Shown here: piece after piece, positions 1 to 7,964 of the stretch
How positions within the stretch are numbered: the stretch's first letter is position 1
How the letters are laid out: the number at the start of each line of letters is the position of its first letter
Source of the DNA: a virus
Taxonomy: Duplodnaviria; Heunggongvirae; Uroviricota; Caudoviricetes
IMG/VR virus record: IMGVR_UViG_2529292723_000018
DNA: 17,955 nt
Reading direction: 5' to 3' (one strand)
Notes under the pieces: generated by a model
The model's input: the letters and a program-made list of their open reading frames with translations, nothing else
Databases searched by the model: none
Told to the model about the DNA's origin: nothing
Position numbers and translations under genes: made by a program

Positions 1-288
1 TTACCGCCGCAGCCGTTCCGGCTTCTTCCACTGGTAAGTATTTTTCGCGCTCTCCCTCCGTTGTTGAGAACGGCGACGGTATGCCAGCAACTCAAGGACT
101 CTTGTTCGTATGTTGCGCATATCCACGCCGTTAAGCTCAATACCGTCACGGAGCATCACCTCAGCCACCACACGCGCGTAATTTTCAGCGGTGACTGTAT
201 CCGGCTGCGCGGCCTGTTCGTCAGCCAACTGGCTGATTCCACCAGCACAGCGGATTAATCGCAGTATTTCAGATTCGGTCATTATCAT
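1..288 (-). CDS. hypothetical protein, 3'-truncated by window edge; 4-nt ATGA overlap with upstream terminase-like gene (translational coupling)
   Basis: ATG at 288 (rc of cat 286-288); open to window edge; start overlaps stop of 285..770 gene; basic R/K-rich C-terminal part; no recognised motif. Confidence 0.4.
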   Translation of the reverse strand: MIMTESEILRLIRCAGGISQLADEQAAQPDTVTAENYARVVAEVMLRDGIELNGVDMRNIRTRVLELLAYRRRSQQRRESAKNTYQWKKPERLRR

Positions 289-770
289 GCCTGTTTTGCG
301 ACCTCATTCACTACGTCATTTTTTACCATCCGGCTGATAATCTGATTACGCAAATCGTCAATAATTGACTGCACTCTGTTTACTGCCATCGGTTTAAGCC
401 CGGCATCACGTGCCAGAATATTGGGGAGTTTTGCCAGTTCCTCGCTTACGATTTCCCCCCATATAGCCATCTCTTTTCGCACATCATCGGCGGGTATGAG
501 TTGCGCCGTTTCCTGTTCGAACCTGAGGCGCTCACGTTCGGACTGATACCAGGCCTTACGGTCATGTGGCTCCATTTCTTCCAGTGATGCCGGAACGGGA
601 AGATCAAGAAAACAGGTCAGAATGTCAGTCACCCGATAGAGTTTTAGCTTGTCATGCCCTCCGGCTGGCTGGATGTTTTTCAGCCTTGCCGCCGCAGTCT
701 GACGACATATTCCCGCTATCGCCGCCAGTTGATTAATGTTCAGCATCAGATTTTTCAGTTCTCGATCCAT
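285..770 (-). CDS. lambda Nu1-like terminase small subunit / packaging-specificity protein (winged-HTH N-terminus)
   Basis: ORF-track start at 857 is a TTG; ATG at 770 preceded by GGAG gives MDRELKNLMLNINQLAAIAGICRQTAAARLKNIQPAGG..., which resembles the Nu1 N-terminus as I recall it (KKQLADIFGASIRTIQNWQEQGMPV..GGGKGNEVLY); lies directly downstream of a cos-like site, as Nu1 does in lambda. Confidence 0.55.
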   Translation of the reverse strand: MDRELKNLMLNINQLAAIAGICRQTAAARLKNIQPAGGHDKLKLYRVTDILTCFLDLPVPASLEEMEPHDRKAWYQSERERLRFEQETAQLIPADDVRKEMAIWGEIVSEELAKLPNILARDAGLKPMAVNRVQSIIDDLRNQIISRMVKNDVVNEVAKQA

Positions 771-904
771 ACCCGCTCCAGAATGTTTTAAACATGCATC
801 TTGCGAACAACTTTCAGAAGAGGTCAAAAAATGCGCTATATGTTGAGCATAAAACAAGCAAAATTAACATGCTAAAAATAAAAATACTTAAAATTCAATA
901 CAAT

Positions 905-997
905 GGAAAGATGATGATGACGAATGAAAATGCAAAAACTAGCCTTTTTCCGCGCCGCTCCCGCCCCGTGGCAGGTCACTACACCGGGAGGACCCGC
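905..997 (-). other. lambda-like cos site (cos1): cosN-like GC-rich core plus CATCATCAT cosB-like flank
   Basis: Minus strand reads CACGGGGCGGGAGCGGCGCGGAAAAAGGCTAGTTTTTGCATTTTCATTCGTCATCATCATC, which resembles the lambda left end (ACGGGGCGGCGACCTCGCGGGTTTTCGC...TTCGTCATAA) as recalled; sits between capsid 3' end and the Nu1-like gene. Confidence 0.55.
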
Positions 998-1020
998 AAA
1001 AAAAGGCGGCTATCGCCGCC
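998..1020 (-). terminator. rho-independent terminator downstream of capsid gene
   Basis: GGCGGC-tatc-GCCGCC hairpin (1005-1020) preceded on the + strand by a 7-A run, i.e. hairpin then T-run on the minus strand. Confidence 0.55.
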
Positions 1021-1027
1021 CTTGTTG

Positions 1028-2647
1028 TCATGCTCCACTCGATTTCAGTAATCCGCGATAGTCGAGGGCCGCGACACCTGCATCTATGCGCACCTTCCAG
1101 GCGACGCCATCAACAGTAAATCCCTCCTGCTCCTCAAGATATGGCGTATCAATACCATCAAGATAAGCGACCTCTATCGTGTCCATCCCCTTCGCCGCTG
1201 CCACATACCACTCCTTGTTATTGGCTTTATCAAGACGCGGCTCGACGATAACCTCTGCCATATCTTTCACCACGTTAATGATGCCGGGGTTCTGATTGAT
1301 AGTGCCTCCACCATCAATCGGAAAGAGTGATGACGATGACAGAATGGCGCGATGTGCGGCAGACTCCAGCGCAGCAGGGACCAGAACAAAAGCGGGGGTA
1401 ATATTCAGGGAGTCGCCGTTGCCATCCTCCTGTAATCGCATCAGCTTACGGGCTTCGTTAAGCCCCTCCATGTCCATATCCTTCGCAATAAGATTTTTAT
1501 GATCGGCATGGAATAACGCTTTACCATCCGTAAATTTGCCGTTGCTGGTTAACAGAAGATAAACCAGATTACCTACTGTTCTGGCGGCCGCACGCCCCAT
1601 CGCCATGGGGATTGTAGTTAACTGGGTCAGGTCATCGTTGATAATGGCCTGACGGGTAACAGAAAAAATATTACCGTATGTGGCCAGCGCAATAGGTACA
1701 CCTTTATCGCTGGTGGTGATGTATTTATATTCCGCACCTTCCGGTACTTTATCCAGCTTTGAAAAACCATTCAGACCAACGCGCTTTGCTTCATGAAAGT
1801 TTGAAAGCGATCCGGTACACGTCCATTTCTGGAACGTTTCGCCGCTGTCCTGCCAGCCTTTCAGCACTGATTTTTCAGCACCACCAGCCAGAATATGAGA
1901 AAAATCGCTGCTGCTGTGTGTGAAAGCTGCATTAACGACCTGCGAGCGATTTAAAAAATTGCCAACACTGATACCACGATCAGTTAGTGATGCCTGGGCC
2001 ATTTCAAAAAGGCTCATCATCGCGTAAGGATTTCCCCGCTCTGGGCGTTCATACCCGAGACGAGAATAAAGCCCCTGACGAATTGCATCGCCTGTTATGT
2101 TCCCGTTACCGGCATAAATATGAGTCGGGATATTTTTATTGGATGGCGTGGACTCGCGCCCCAGCTCGTTCAACAACTTTTCACGGGCCATCTCCGGTGT
2201 ACATGATGCATCCTCCAGGCACGCCATTTTGATCCCGTCGTAACGACTGCCGAACAGGCTAAACACTTCACTTATTCCGTTGATGCGCTTCTGTTCATTA
2301 CCAGCAATATTTGCCGCTCCCTGTGGCGGTGTAATCATTCCTTTAATGGTTTCCGGCATATGTAAAAAATCTCCTGTGCGTTTCGATTCAATTCGCGCCA
2401 TTACTCTGACGGATGGCAACAATTCATCAGCAAAACCGTGCTTAAGGCATTCTTTCCCATCCATCCAGGTTTCATCCTCCAGCATGGCGGTAATTTCCTG
2501 TGCTGATTTGCCCGTTTTTCTGGCATAAGCAGGGATTAACACGGTTTCCACCTTATCCAGCAAATCAGCATAATCACGCATATCGCCAGCATTTCCGCCA
2601 GAGATCCCCCACGGTTTATGGATCATCATGCAATACATTGAAATCAT
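1028..2647 (-). CDS. HK97-fold major capsid protein, C-terminal portion of a ClpP-like protease-capsid fusion; 5' part removed by insertion of element E2 (likely pseudogene fragment)
   Basis: About 80% protein identity by eye to residues ~104-638 of the intact fusion at 4671..6587; homology starts exactly at MMIHKPWGISGG; sequence upstream of 2629 is unrelated. Confidence 0.75.
   Translation of the reverse strand: MISMYCMMIHKPWGISGGNAGDMRDYADLLDKVETVLIPAYARKTGKSAQEITAMLEDETWMDGKECLKHGFADELLPSVRVMARIESKRTGDFLHMPETIKGMITPPQGAANIAGNEQKRINGISEVFSLFGSRYDGIKMACLEDASCTPEMAREKLLNELGRESTPSNKNIPTHIYAGNGNITGDAIRQGLYSRLGYERPERGNPYAMMSLFEMAQASLTDRGISVGNFLNRSQVVNAAFTHSSSDFSHILAGGAEKSVLKGWQDSGETFQKWTCTGSLSNFHEAKRVGLNGFSKLDKVPEGAEYKYITTSDKGVPIALATYGNIFSVTRQAIINDDLTQLTTIPMAMGRAAARTVGNLVYLLLTSNGKFTDGKALFHADHKNLIAKDMDMEGLNEARKLMRLQEDGNGDSLNITPAFVLVPAALESAAHRAILSSSSLFPIDGGGTINQNPGIINVVKDMAEVIVEPRLDKANNKEWYVAAAKGMDTIEVAYLDGIDTPYLEEQEGFTVDGVAWKVRIDAGVAALDYRGLLKSSGA
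2618..2629. repeat. left copy of 12-bp direct repeat ATGGATCATCAT (candidate att core, left junction of E2)
   Basis: Identical 12-mer at 12935..12946; both copies lie at the break points of the split protease-capsid gene and are in frame with it. Confidence 0.6.
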
Positions 2648-2696
2648 CCTACTGATAAATAAGATTAAAAATCACAATACAGATACGTTTGAGCTT

Positions 2697-2720
2697 CATT
2701 GCAATACGCATTGCAATACA
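2697..2720. repeat. tandem CATTGCAATAC(G/A) repeats near left end of E2 (candidate integrase arm-type or regulatory sites)
   Basis: Two tandem 12-mers; a near-identical tandem pair at 12781..12806 just upstream of the int start codon. Confidence 0.45.
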
Positions 2721-3069
2721 CGGTTGCTGGGTGATTTCAAAAGATGAATGCTGCGAAGGATGGAAATTTGGGAACTAGGTGGTGAATAGCACAACAAAAA
2801 ATCAGAATTCTACTAGCTTAAAATGATGCAAAAAGCATTCGTGGCATCGCAAGCGCTGTACAATTCGTTCTATAATGAAGAAAATTTCTAACAGACTTTA
2901 TCATTCAAAGGTGGAGGAGATGACAGCAATGCAACATGCATCACGCTCATACTTGAATTGTAAAGCTATCGTTAGAATCACAGCCTTTTTGTTCCGCTGA
3001 TCTAACGATAAAACTAGTGGTAAAAGGTATATTTTTTAATTTTTCAGACGCTGGCGCGGGGTAATTAAA

Positions 3070-3372
3070 ATGAAATTTGTAAATATACGGTCATCCGAGT
3101 TGCCTGAAATAGATACCTTTGTAAAAGAATGTATCAACCAAGGACAATGGACTCTTTTCAAGGCCGAGAAGGGTGCAGTTAATGATAATAAAGTTGCTTT
3201 TTTTCTAAAGGCTGGCAAAGATTTCTTTGCATTAAATAACAGAGGAAGTGTTATCTCTGTATTTCAATCATTAGATTATAATCTTGAAATGAATGAGGTA
3301 ATTCATTTTTCAGATATTCCTAAACCTGAATCGTTGAGCAATATTGCTAGCTTAGGATTTGCTAGAGTTTAA
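3070..3372 (+). CDS. hypothetical protein (100 aa), first gene of AT-rich cargo operon
   Basis: ATG at 3070; 18-bp gap to next gene on same strand; visibly AT-rich codon usage unlike the core genes; no recognised motif. Confidence 0.55.
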   Translation: MKFVNIRSSELPEIDTFVKECINQGQWTLFKAEKGAVNDNKVAFFLKAGKDFFALNNRGSVISVFQSLDYNLEMNEVIHFSDIPKPESLSNIASLGFARV

Positions 3373-3390
3373 TATATAAGGATATGTACG

Positions 3391-4281
3391 ATGGGATTAA
3401 TATCTGGAAATACACATTGGGTATTATTTTTACCTTGTGAGCACCAACCAGAAGATCGCCATGTTCAAGATTTAGTTCATGGCGTCTTTTGCTTAGAATC
3501 CTCAGGTATACAGCCATCTAATATTAGCATATATATTGATGGCCAAAATAGAGCCAACTTTAATAAGTTAATTTCGATTGCAACCCAACATAATTATACT
3601 ATCAAGCCTACATCTGAATTTTTCACCGACTGCGATACAAATAGTTATGAAAATCTAGTTATGTTTGTGACCGGACACGGAAGTATGAATGGTTTGGACT
3701 CTGCGCCGATCATAACCCCATACCGTTTATTGGACAGGTTAAAAAACACTCCTGTTCTCAAGCAAGCAATCGTTTATCTTGGTCAATGTTTCGCTGGTGT
3801 TTTCAACTACTTACCTGCTGGGCAGCGTAAGAGAGGTGAAGATGCCGACCCCGATGTCATTCTTATCGGGGCTACGAGTCTTCATGAAAGTTTGAGTAAT
3901 CCAACAACGGAAAATATTAATGGTATAGATTTTCCTTGGGTTGCAAATCAATTTTTATATCATGTATTTAAGTGGATATCATCCCCGAATGATATCGATG
4001 GGGATGGAAAACATACAGTAATTGACTCTTATAAGTATGCTGGAATCTCATCAAACATGACCAATCGTAGAATGAAGATAGGTTCTTTTGTAGCTTCGGT
4101 AGACTTGCATGAGCAATGGAATACTGCAAAAAAAGATCATGAAGCTAACTTGGCTGATCCACAAAAACTACTCCGTTATAGAGCATTAGATCAGCAATAC
4201 TATGAAAAACTGAACATTAACTATATTCATCAAGAGTGCTGGATATTAAATTCTGTACCTGCACAATCTGTTGAATTCTAA
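3391..4281 (+). CDS. predicted caspase-like (clan CD-type) cysteine peptidase, candidate His96/Cys133 dyad; candidate anti-phage effector
   Basis: TAAGGA Shine-Dalgarno 7 nt upstream; hydrophobic strand + His-Gly (NLVMFVTGHGS) and hydrophobic strand + Gln-Cys (AIVYLGQCFAGVF) 37 residues apart, the arrangement seen in caspase/legumain-type peptidases; AT-rich. Confidence 0.5.
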   Translation: MGLISGNTHWVLFLPCEHQPEDRHVQDLVHGVFCLESSGIQPSNISIYIDGQNRANFNKLISIATQHNYTIKPTSEFFTDCDTNSYENLVMFVTGHGSMNGLDSAPIITPYRLLDRLKNTPVLKQAIVYLGQCFAGVFNYLPAGQRKRGEDADPDVILIGATSLHESLSNPTTENINGIDFPWVANQFLYHVFKWISSPNDIDGDGKHTVIDSYKYAGISSNMTNRRMKIGSFVASVDLHEQWNTAKKDHEANLADPQKLLRYRALDQQYYEKLNINYIHQECWILNSVPAQSVEF

Positions 4282-4285
4282 TCCT

Positions 4286-4453
4286 TTACTTTTTTGAATA
4301 GATTGCTGCAAGTGCCGTTTTGAGGTCGTAATTTCGGCACTTGCAACTGCAACCAGAAATAGGGCGAACGTTTGACAAACGTTTAGCTATAGTCTGCCGA
4401 TGAAATCCAGTCACTTCCGCCAACTCACTTAAATTTAGAACTATCTTTTTCAT
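4286..4453 (-). pseudogene. remnant of Nu1-like terminase small subunit (55 codons, HTH portion only)
   Basis: Hand translation MKKIVLNLSELAEVTGFHRQTIAKRLSNVRPISG... parallels NINQLAAIAGICRQTAAARLKNIQPAGG of the 285..770 protein, then diverges; ends 4 bp from the stop of the convergent cargo gene; not in ORF track (under 60 aa). Confidence 0.45.
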
Positions 4454-4547
4454 CATAATTACCCTTCAGATGTCGAACAAATAACATACAATCCATCATC
4501 TTTTCCACTTTTATAAAGTTTTACCTAATAAAATTCAGTTAGTTAGC

Positions 4548-4632
4548 GAATGATGATGATGTCTATAAAATTCAAAAACTAGCCGTTTCCCGCGATGCCG
4601 CCGCCCCGTGGCAGGCATCCCCGCCGGGAGTA
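4548..4632 (-). other. lambda-like cos site (cos2) of element E2
   Basis: Minus strand reads CCACGGGGCGGCGGCATCGCGGGAAACGGCTAGTTTTTGAATTTT...CATCATCATCATTCG; same position (capsid 3' end to terminase remnant) as cos1. Confidence 0.55.
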
Positions 4633-4634
4633 CC

Positions 4635-4662
4635 TTTTAAAAAAGGGCAGCATCTGCCGCCC
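4635..4662 (-). terminator. putative rho-independent terminator after capsid gene
   Basis: Short GC hairpin (GGCAG/CTGCC) followed by a T-run on the minus strand. Confidence 0.4.
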
Positions 4663-4670
4663 TCCTGTCG

Positions 4671-6587
4671 TCATGCCGCCCCGCTCGACTTCACCATGCC
4701 CCGATAATCCAGCGCCGCCACGCCAGCATCGATACGCACCTTCCATGCAATACCGTCCACAGTGAAGCCCTCCTGCTGTTCCAGATACGGCACGTCCATT
4801 CCATCCAGATATGCCACCTCGATAGTGTCGGTGCCTTGCGCTGCAGTGACGTACCACTCCTTGTTGTTGGCCTTGTCCAGTCGCGGCTCAACCACTACCT
4901 GCGCCATATCCTTCACGACGTTGATAATGCCTGGGTTCTGGTTCAGCATACCGTTCTGGTCTACCGGGAACAGCGAAGATGATGACAGCACAGCTCGATT
5001 GGCTGCGCCTTCCAGCGCGGCAGGTACAAGGATATAGGCTGGGATAACATTAATAGGATCGCCGTTCGCATCCTCCTGCAGACGCATAGCCTTACGGGCC
5101 TCATTGAGTCCGTCTGTATCCATCCCTTTAGCGATGAGGTTTTTATGGTCGGCGTGGAACAACGCTTTACCATCTGTGAATTTGCTGTTGGCGGTCAGTT
5201 GCAGGTAGACCAGATTGCCAACCGTTCGTGCGGCGGCACGCCCCATTGCCTGTGGAATGGTCGTGAGCTGGCTCAGGTCATCGTTGATAATGGCCTGGCG
5301 TGTAACAGAGAAGATGTTTCCATAGGTGGCCAGCGCGATCGGCACACCGCTGTCGCTGGTAGTGACATATTTGTATTCAGCACCTTCCGGGACTTTATCC
5401 AGTTCTGAAAAACCATTCAGACCGACACGTTTAGCCTCATGGAAATTCGACAGAGAACCGGTCTTTGTCCACTGCTGGAAAGTTTCCCCGCTGTTCTGCC
5501 AGCCAGTCAGCACCGACTTTTCAGCACCACCAGCCAGGATATGAGAGAAATCACTGGTGCTGTGCGTAAATGCCAGGTTCACGATCTGCGAGCGATTCCC
5601 GAAACCACTGACGCTGATACCACGATCCACCAGCGAAGCCTGCGCCATTTCAAACAGACTCATCATGGCGTAAGGGTTTCCCCTTTCGGCGCGTTCGTGA
5701 CCCAGACGGGCAAAAAGCCCCTGGCGGATAGCATCGCCGGTAATGTTGCCGTTACCTGCGTAAATGTGCGCGTTACTGGTTTTATCCGATGGGGTCGAGG
5801 TCTTACCCAGTGCCGTCAGCAGCATGTCTTTTGCTTTTTCAGGCGTGCAATCCACATCCTCCAGACACTGCATCTTGAGAGAATCATGCTTGCCGCCGAA
5901 CATGGCAAACAGATCCTTAATCTCGTTGATGCGGTTCTGTTCCGGTACAGCGCTACTGGTGGAACCTTTCGGGCTGGTGATCATCCCTTTAATTTCTTTT
6001 GGCATATGCTCAAAATCCTCAATTCGTTTTGACTCAATACAGGCCATTGCCCTGACGGCGGGTAACAATTCGTCAGCAAAACCCTGCGCTACACATTCGC
6101 GGCCATCCATCCATGTTTCATCCTCCAGCATTTCCGCCAGTGATTCGGCTGATTTACCCGTTTTGCGTGCATATGCCGGGATCAAGACACTTTCGACTTT
6201 ATCCAGAAGTTCGGCGTAGTCGCGCATGTCGTTGGCGTTCCCACCAGAGATTCCCCACGGTTTGTGAATCATCATGAGTGCGTTTTCGGGCATAACGATA
6301 CGGTCGCCAGCCATTGCAATAACTGACGCCATAGACGCGGCGAGACCGTCGATCTGCACTGTAATTTTTGCCGGGTGTTTATTCAGAAGGTTATAGATAG
6401 CGATGCCGTCAAAAACATCGCCACCGGGTGAATGAATGTGCAGGCTGATATGGGAGATATCGCCTAGGGCTTTCAGGTCTTCGGAGAACTGCTGCGCCGT
6501 AATACCCCAGCCGCCGATCTCTTCGTAGATGCTGATATTGGCGCTGGTGCCATCGCTGGCCGCTTTGATGGTGTACCAGCCTTTCAT
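4671..6587 (-). CDS. ClpP-like prohead protease fused to HK97-fold major capsid protein (638 aa), intact
   Basis: ATG at 6587 with AAGGGGA Shine-Dalgarno; N-terminal ClpP-like motifs (GLAASMAS, MMIHKPWG); long C-terminal capsid-like region; ATGA overlap with upstream small gene. Confidence 0.85.
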   Translation of the reverse strand: MKGWYTIKAASDGTSANISIYEEIGGWGITAQQFSEDLKALGDISHISLHIHSPGGDVFDGIAIYNLLNKHPAKITVQIDGLAASMASVIAMAGDRIVMPENALMMIHKPWGISGGNANDMRDYAELLDKVESVLIPAYARKTGKSAESLAEMLEDETWMDGRECVAQGFADELLPAVRAMACIESKRIEDFEHMPKEIKGMITSPKGSTSSAVPEQNRINEIKDLFAMFGGKHDSLKMQCLEDVDCTPEKAKDMLLTALGKTSTPSDKTSNAHIYAGNGNITGDAIRQGLFARLGHERAERGNPYAMMSLFEMAQASLVDRGISVSGFGNRSQIVNLAFTHSTSDFSHILAGGAEKSVLTGWQNSGETFQQWTKTGSLSNFHEAKRVGLNGFSELDKVPEGAEYKYVTTSDSGVPIALATYGNIFSVTRQAIINDDLSQLTTIPQAMGRAAARTVGNLVYLQLTANSKFTDGKALFHADHKNLIAKGMDTDGLNEARKAMRLQEDANGDPINVIPAYILVPAALEGAANRAVLSSSSLFPVDQNGMLNQNPGIINVVKDMAQVVVEPRLDKANNKEWYVTAAQGTDTIEVAYLDGMDVPYLEQQEGFTVDGIAWKVRIDAGVAALDYRGMVKSSGAA

Positions 6588-6796
6588 TTTTCCCCTTCCG
6601 TTACAGCGAAGCCATTTTCATCAAGCCATGCGTTGACTGCGTGCCGGACTACCTGTGCCACTCCGGGCAATGGCTGGACAGGAAGATTTTTCAGATGATC
6701 GTTGCGGTATTGCTTAAGGCGTACAACGGTTTGCGCGTCCAGATGTACGGAGCCGCCTTTAGTCTCGCCAGTGTTTAAATCGTTAATGTCACTCAT
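6584..6796 (-). CDS. small conserved protein (70 aa) upstream of and translationally coupled to protease-capsid gene
   Basis: ATG at 6796 with AGAGGA Shine-Dalgarno (ORF-track start at 6844 is TTG); homolog at 13258..13464 (MSDINDLNTGE... vs MSCINDLNTGD...). Confidence 0.55.
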   Translation of the reverse strand: MSDINDLNTGETKGGSVHLDAQTVVRLKQYRNDHLKNLPVQPLPGVAQVVRHAVNAWLDENGFAVTEGEK

Positions 6797-6941
6797 GATG
6801 TCCTCTACTGTATAAGTAAACAGGTTATGATGATTGATCACCAAAAGTGGTAAGTGAACAATTTTTTATCTGAAAAATAGATTTATGATGAAAAAAAATT
6901 TTTGTATGGTCTTAGATTGGAATAAACAGAAAGGTTAAAAA

Positions 6942-7655
6942 ATGGATCTCACTCGTAATGACGAACTCCTTTTGAATGATGCAGCTAGACGCTCATTTCG
7001 GGATATGGCAGACCAGGATTATCTCTCAGCTCGTCTGTGTTATAAGCACAAATTGAATTTTCAATTTTTATGGCTTTCGCAACAAGCCGTAGAGAAATAT
7101 ATTAAAGCGATTTTACTTTATAATAGAGTTCCAGTATTAAAATTAAATCACAATTTAAACAAAGGGCTGGCAAAGATTAAAGAAATCCCATATCTTGAAT
7201 TAGACCTAGATGTAAAAAGTGAGCGATTCATAGATTATCTCAATGAGCAGGGCCCAAATAGATACTTCCAAAACACTATGTATACCGAAGGCTTTGAAAT
7301 TATAACCTTGGATAGAACCATCTGGGAATTAAGAAGATACTGCAAGCCACTAAACTACTCAATTACTAACCCAAAAGGTGAAGTGATAGAAATGTTAGAA
7401 CATGAATTGAGTAGCATAAAAAATTCGAAGTCGAGGCCTTATCATACGTTCAAACTATTTGGAGGTTACTTAGAAAAAAGATTAAAAGATAATAAATTCA
7501 ATCAGGGCGACATACTTACATGGAAAAATTTATTTTTTGGAAGAAATAAAAAAAATGCAATTAGAATTGGAAGATCAATGCATGTAACTCATCCAACTCA
7601 TTATATGTACCCAAATGCAACGGAAATGCTCAGTCGTTTCTTTAAAATAAAATAA
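6942..7655 (+). CDS. HEPN-like protein (tentative), candidate abortive-infection effector; AT-rich cargo
   Basis: N-terminal helix pair with QQAVEKYIKAILL resembling the HEPN QAxEKxLKA signature; R-x5-H (RIGRSMH) near C-terminus; opposite strand to flanking core genes. Confidence 0.5.
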   Translation: MDLTRNDELLLNDAARRSFRDMADQDYLSARLCYKHKLNFQFLWLSQQAVEKYIKAILLYNRVPVLKLNHNLNKGLAKIKEIPYLELDLDVKSERFIDYLNEQGPNRYFQNTMYTEGFEIITLDRTIWELRRYCKPLNYSITNPKGEVIEMLEHELSSIKNSKSRPYHTFKLFGGYLEKRLKDNKFNQGDILTWKNLFFGRNKKNAIRIGRSMHVTHPTHYMYPNATEMLSRFFKIK

Positions 7656-7744
7656 TTACATTCCAATTTTATTTACCGCTGTTAAATAAGTAAGGTATAT
7701 CTTTATTTATCGACATTGATAATCATGAAAGAGTATATCTTTTT

Positions 7745-7960
7745 TGCCGCACCTAGCGCATTTCTCACCGCACTTTCATCCCGCGCACTTAGGTGCGCAA
7801 TCCAACATGCACCGTACAGCCATTAAAACCAGTAATGGGGCGGGTTTGCAGGTGATTAATGCCAAACCGCGCACTTTCTTCGTATATACATGGAAAAAGT
7901 GCGGCAAGTGTATGTTTTATGAGCATTTCGCGCATCACGCGCATTTCTTGCCGCACTTTT
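7745..7960. repeat. iteron-like repeat cluster (TTGCCGCAC / CGCACTTT / GCGCATTTC, direct and inverted); candidate origin for the E2 replication protein
   Basis: TTGCCGCAC at 7745 and 7949, its complement at 7900; CGCACTTT four times; GCGCATTTC at least twice; lies immediately 3' of the replication gene, as the TGTTCACC iterons do in E1. Confidence 0.45.
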
Positions 7961-7964
7961 CAGG

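Noticed and set aside
794-1051. 85-aa + strand ORF, and the similar 13777..13980 ORF
   Set aside because: Both run across the cos-like sites and terminator hairpins, which are conserved at DNA level in three copies; the coding interpretation is unsupported.
4579-6219. Several 66-197-aa ORFs overlapping the protease-capsid gene on either strand
   Set aside because: They lie inside or antisense to a long, conserved, high-confidence CDS and show no protein-like features.
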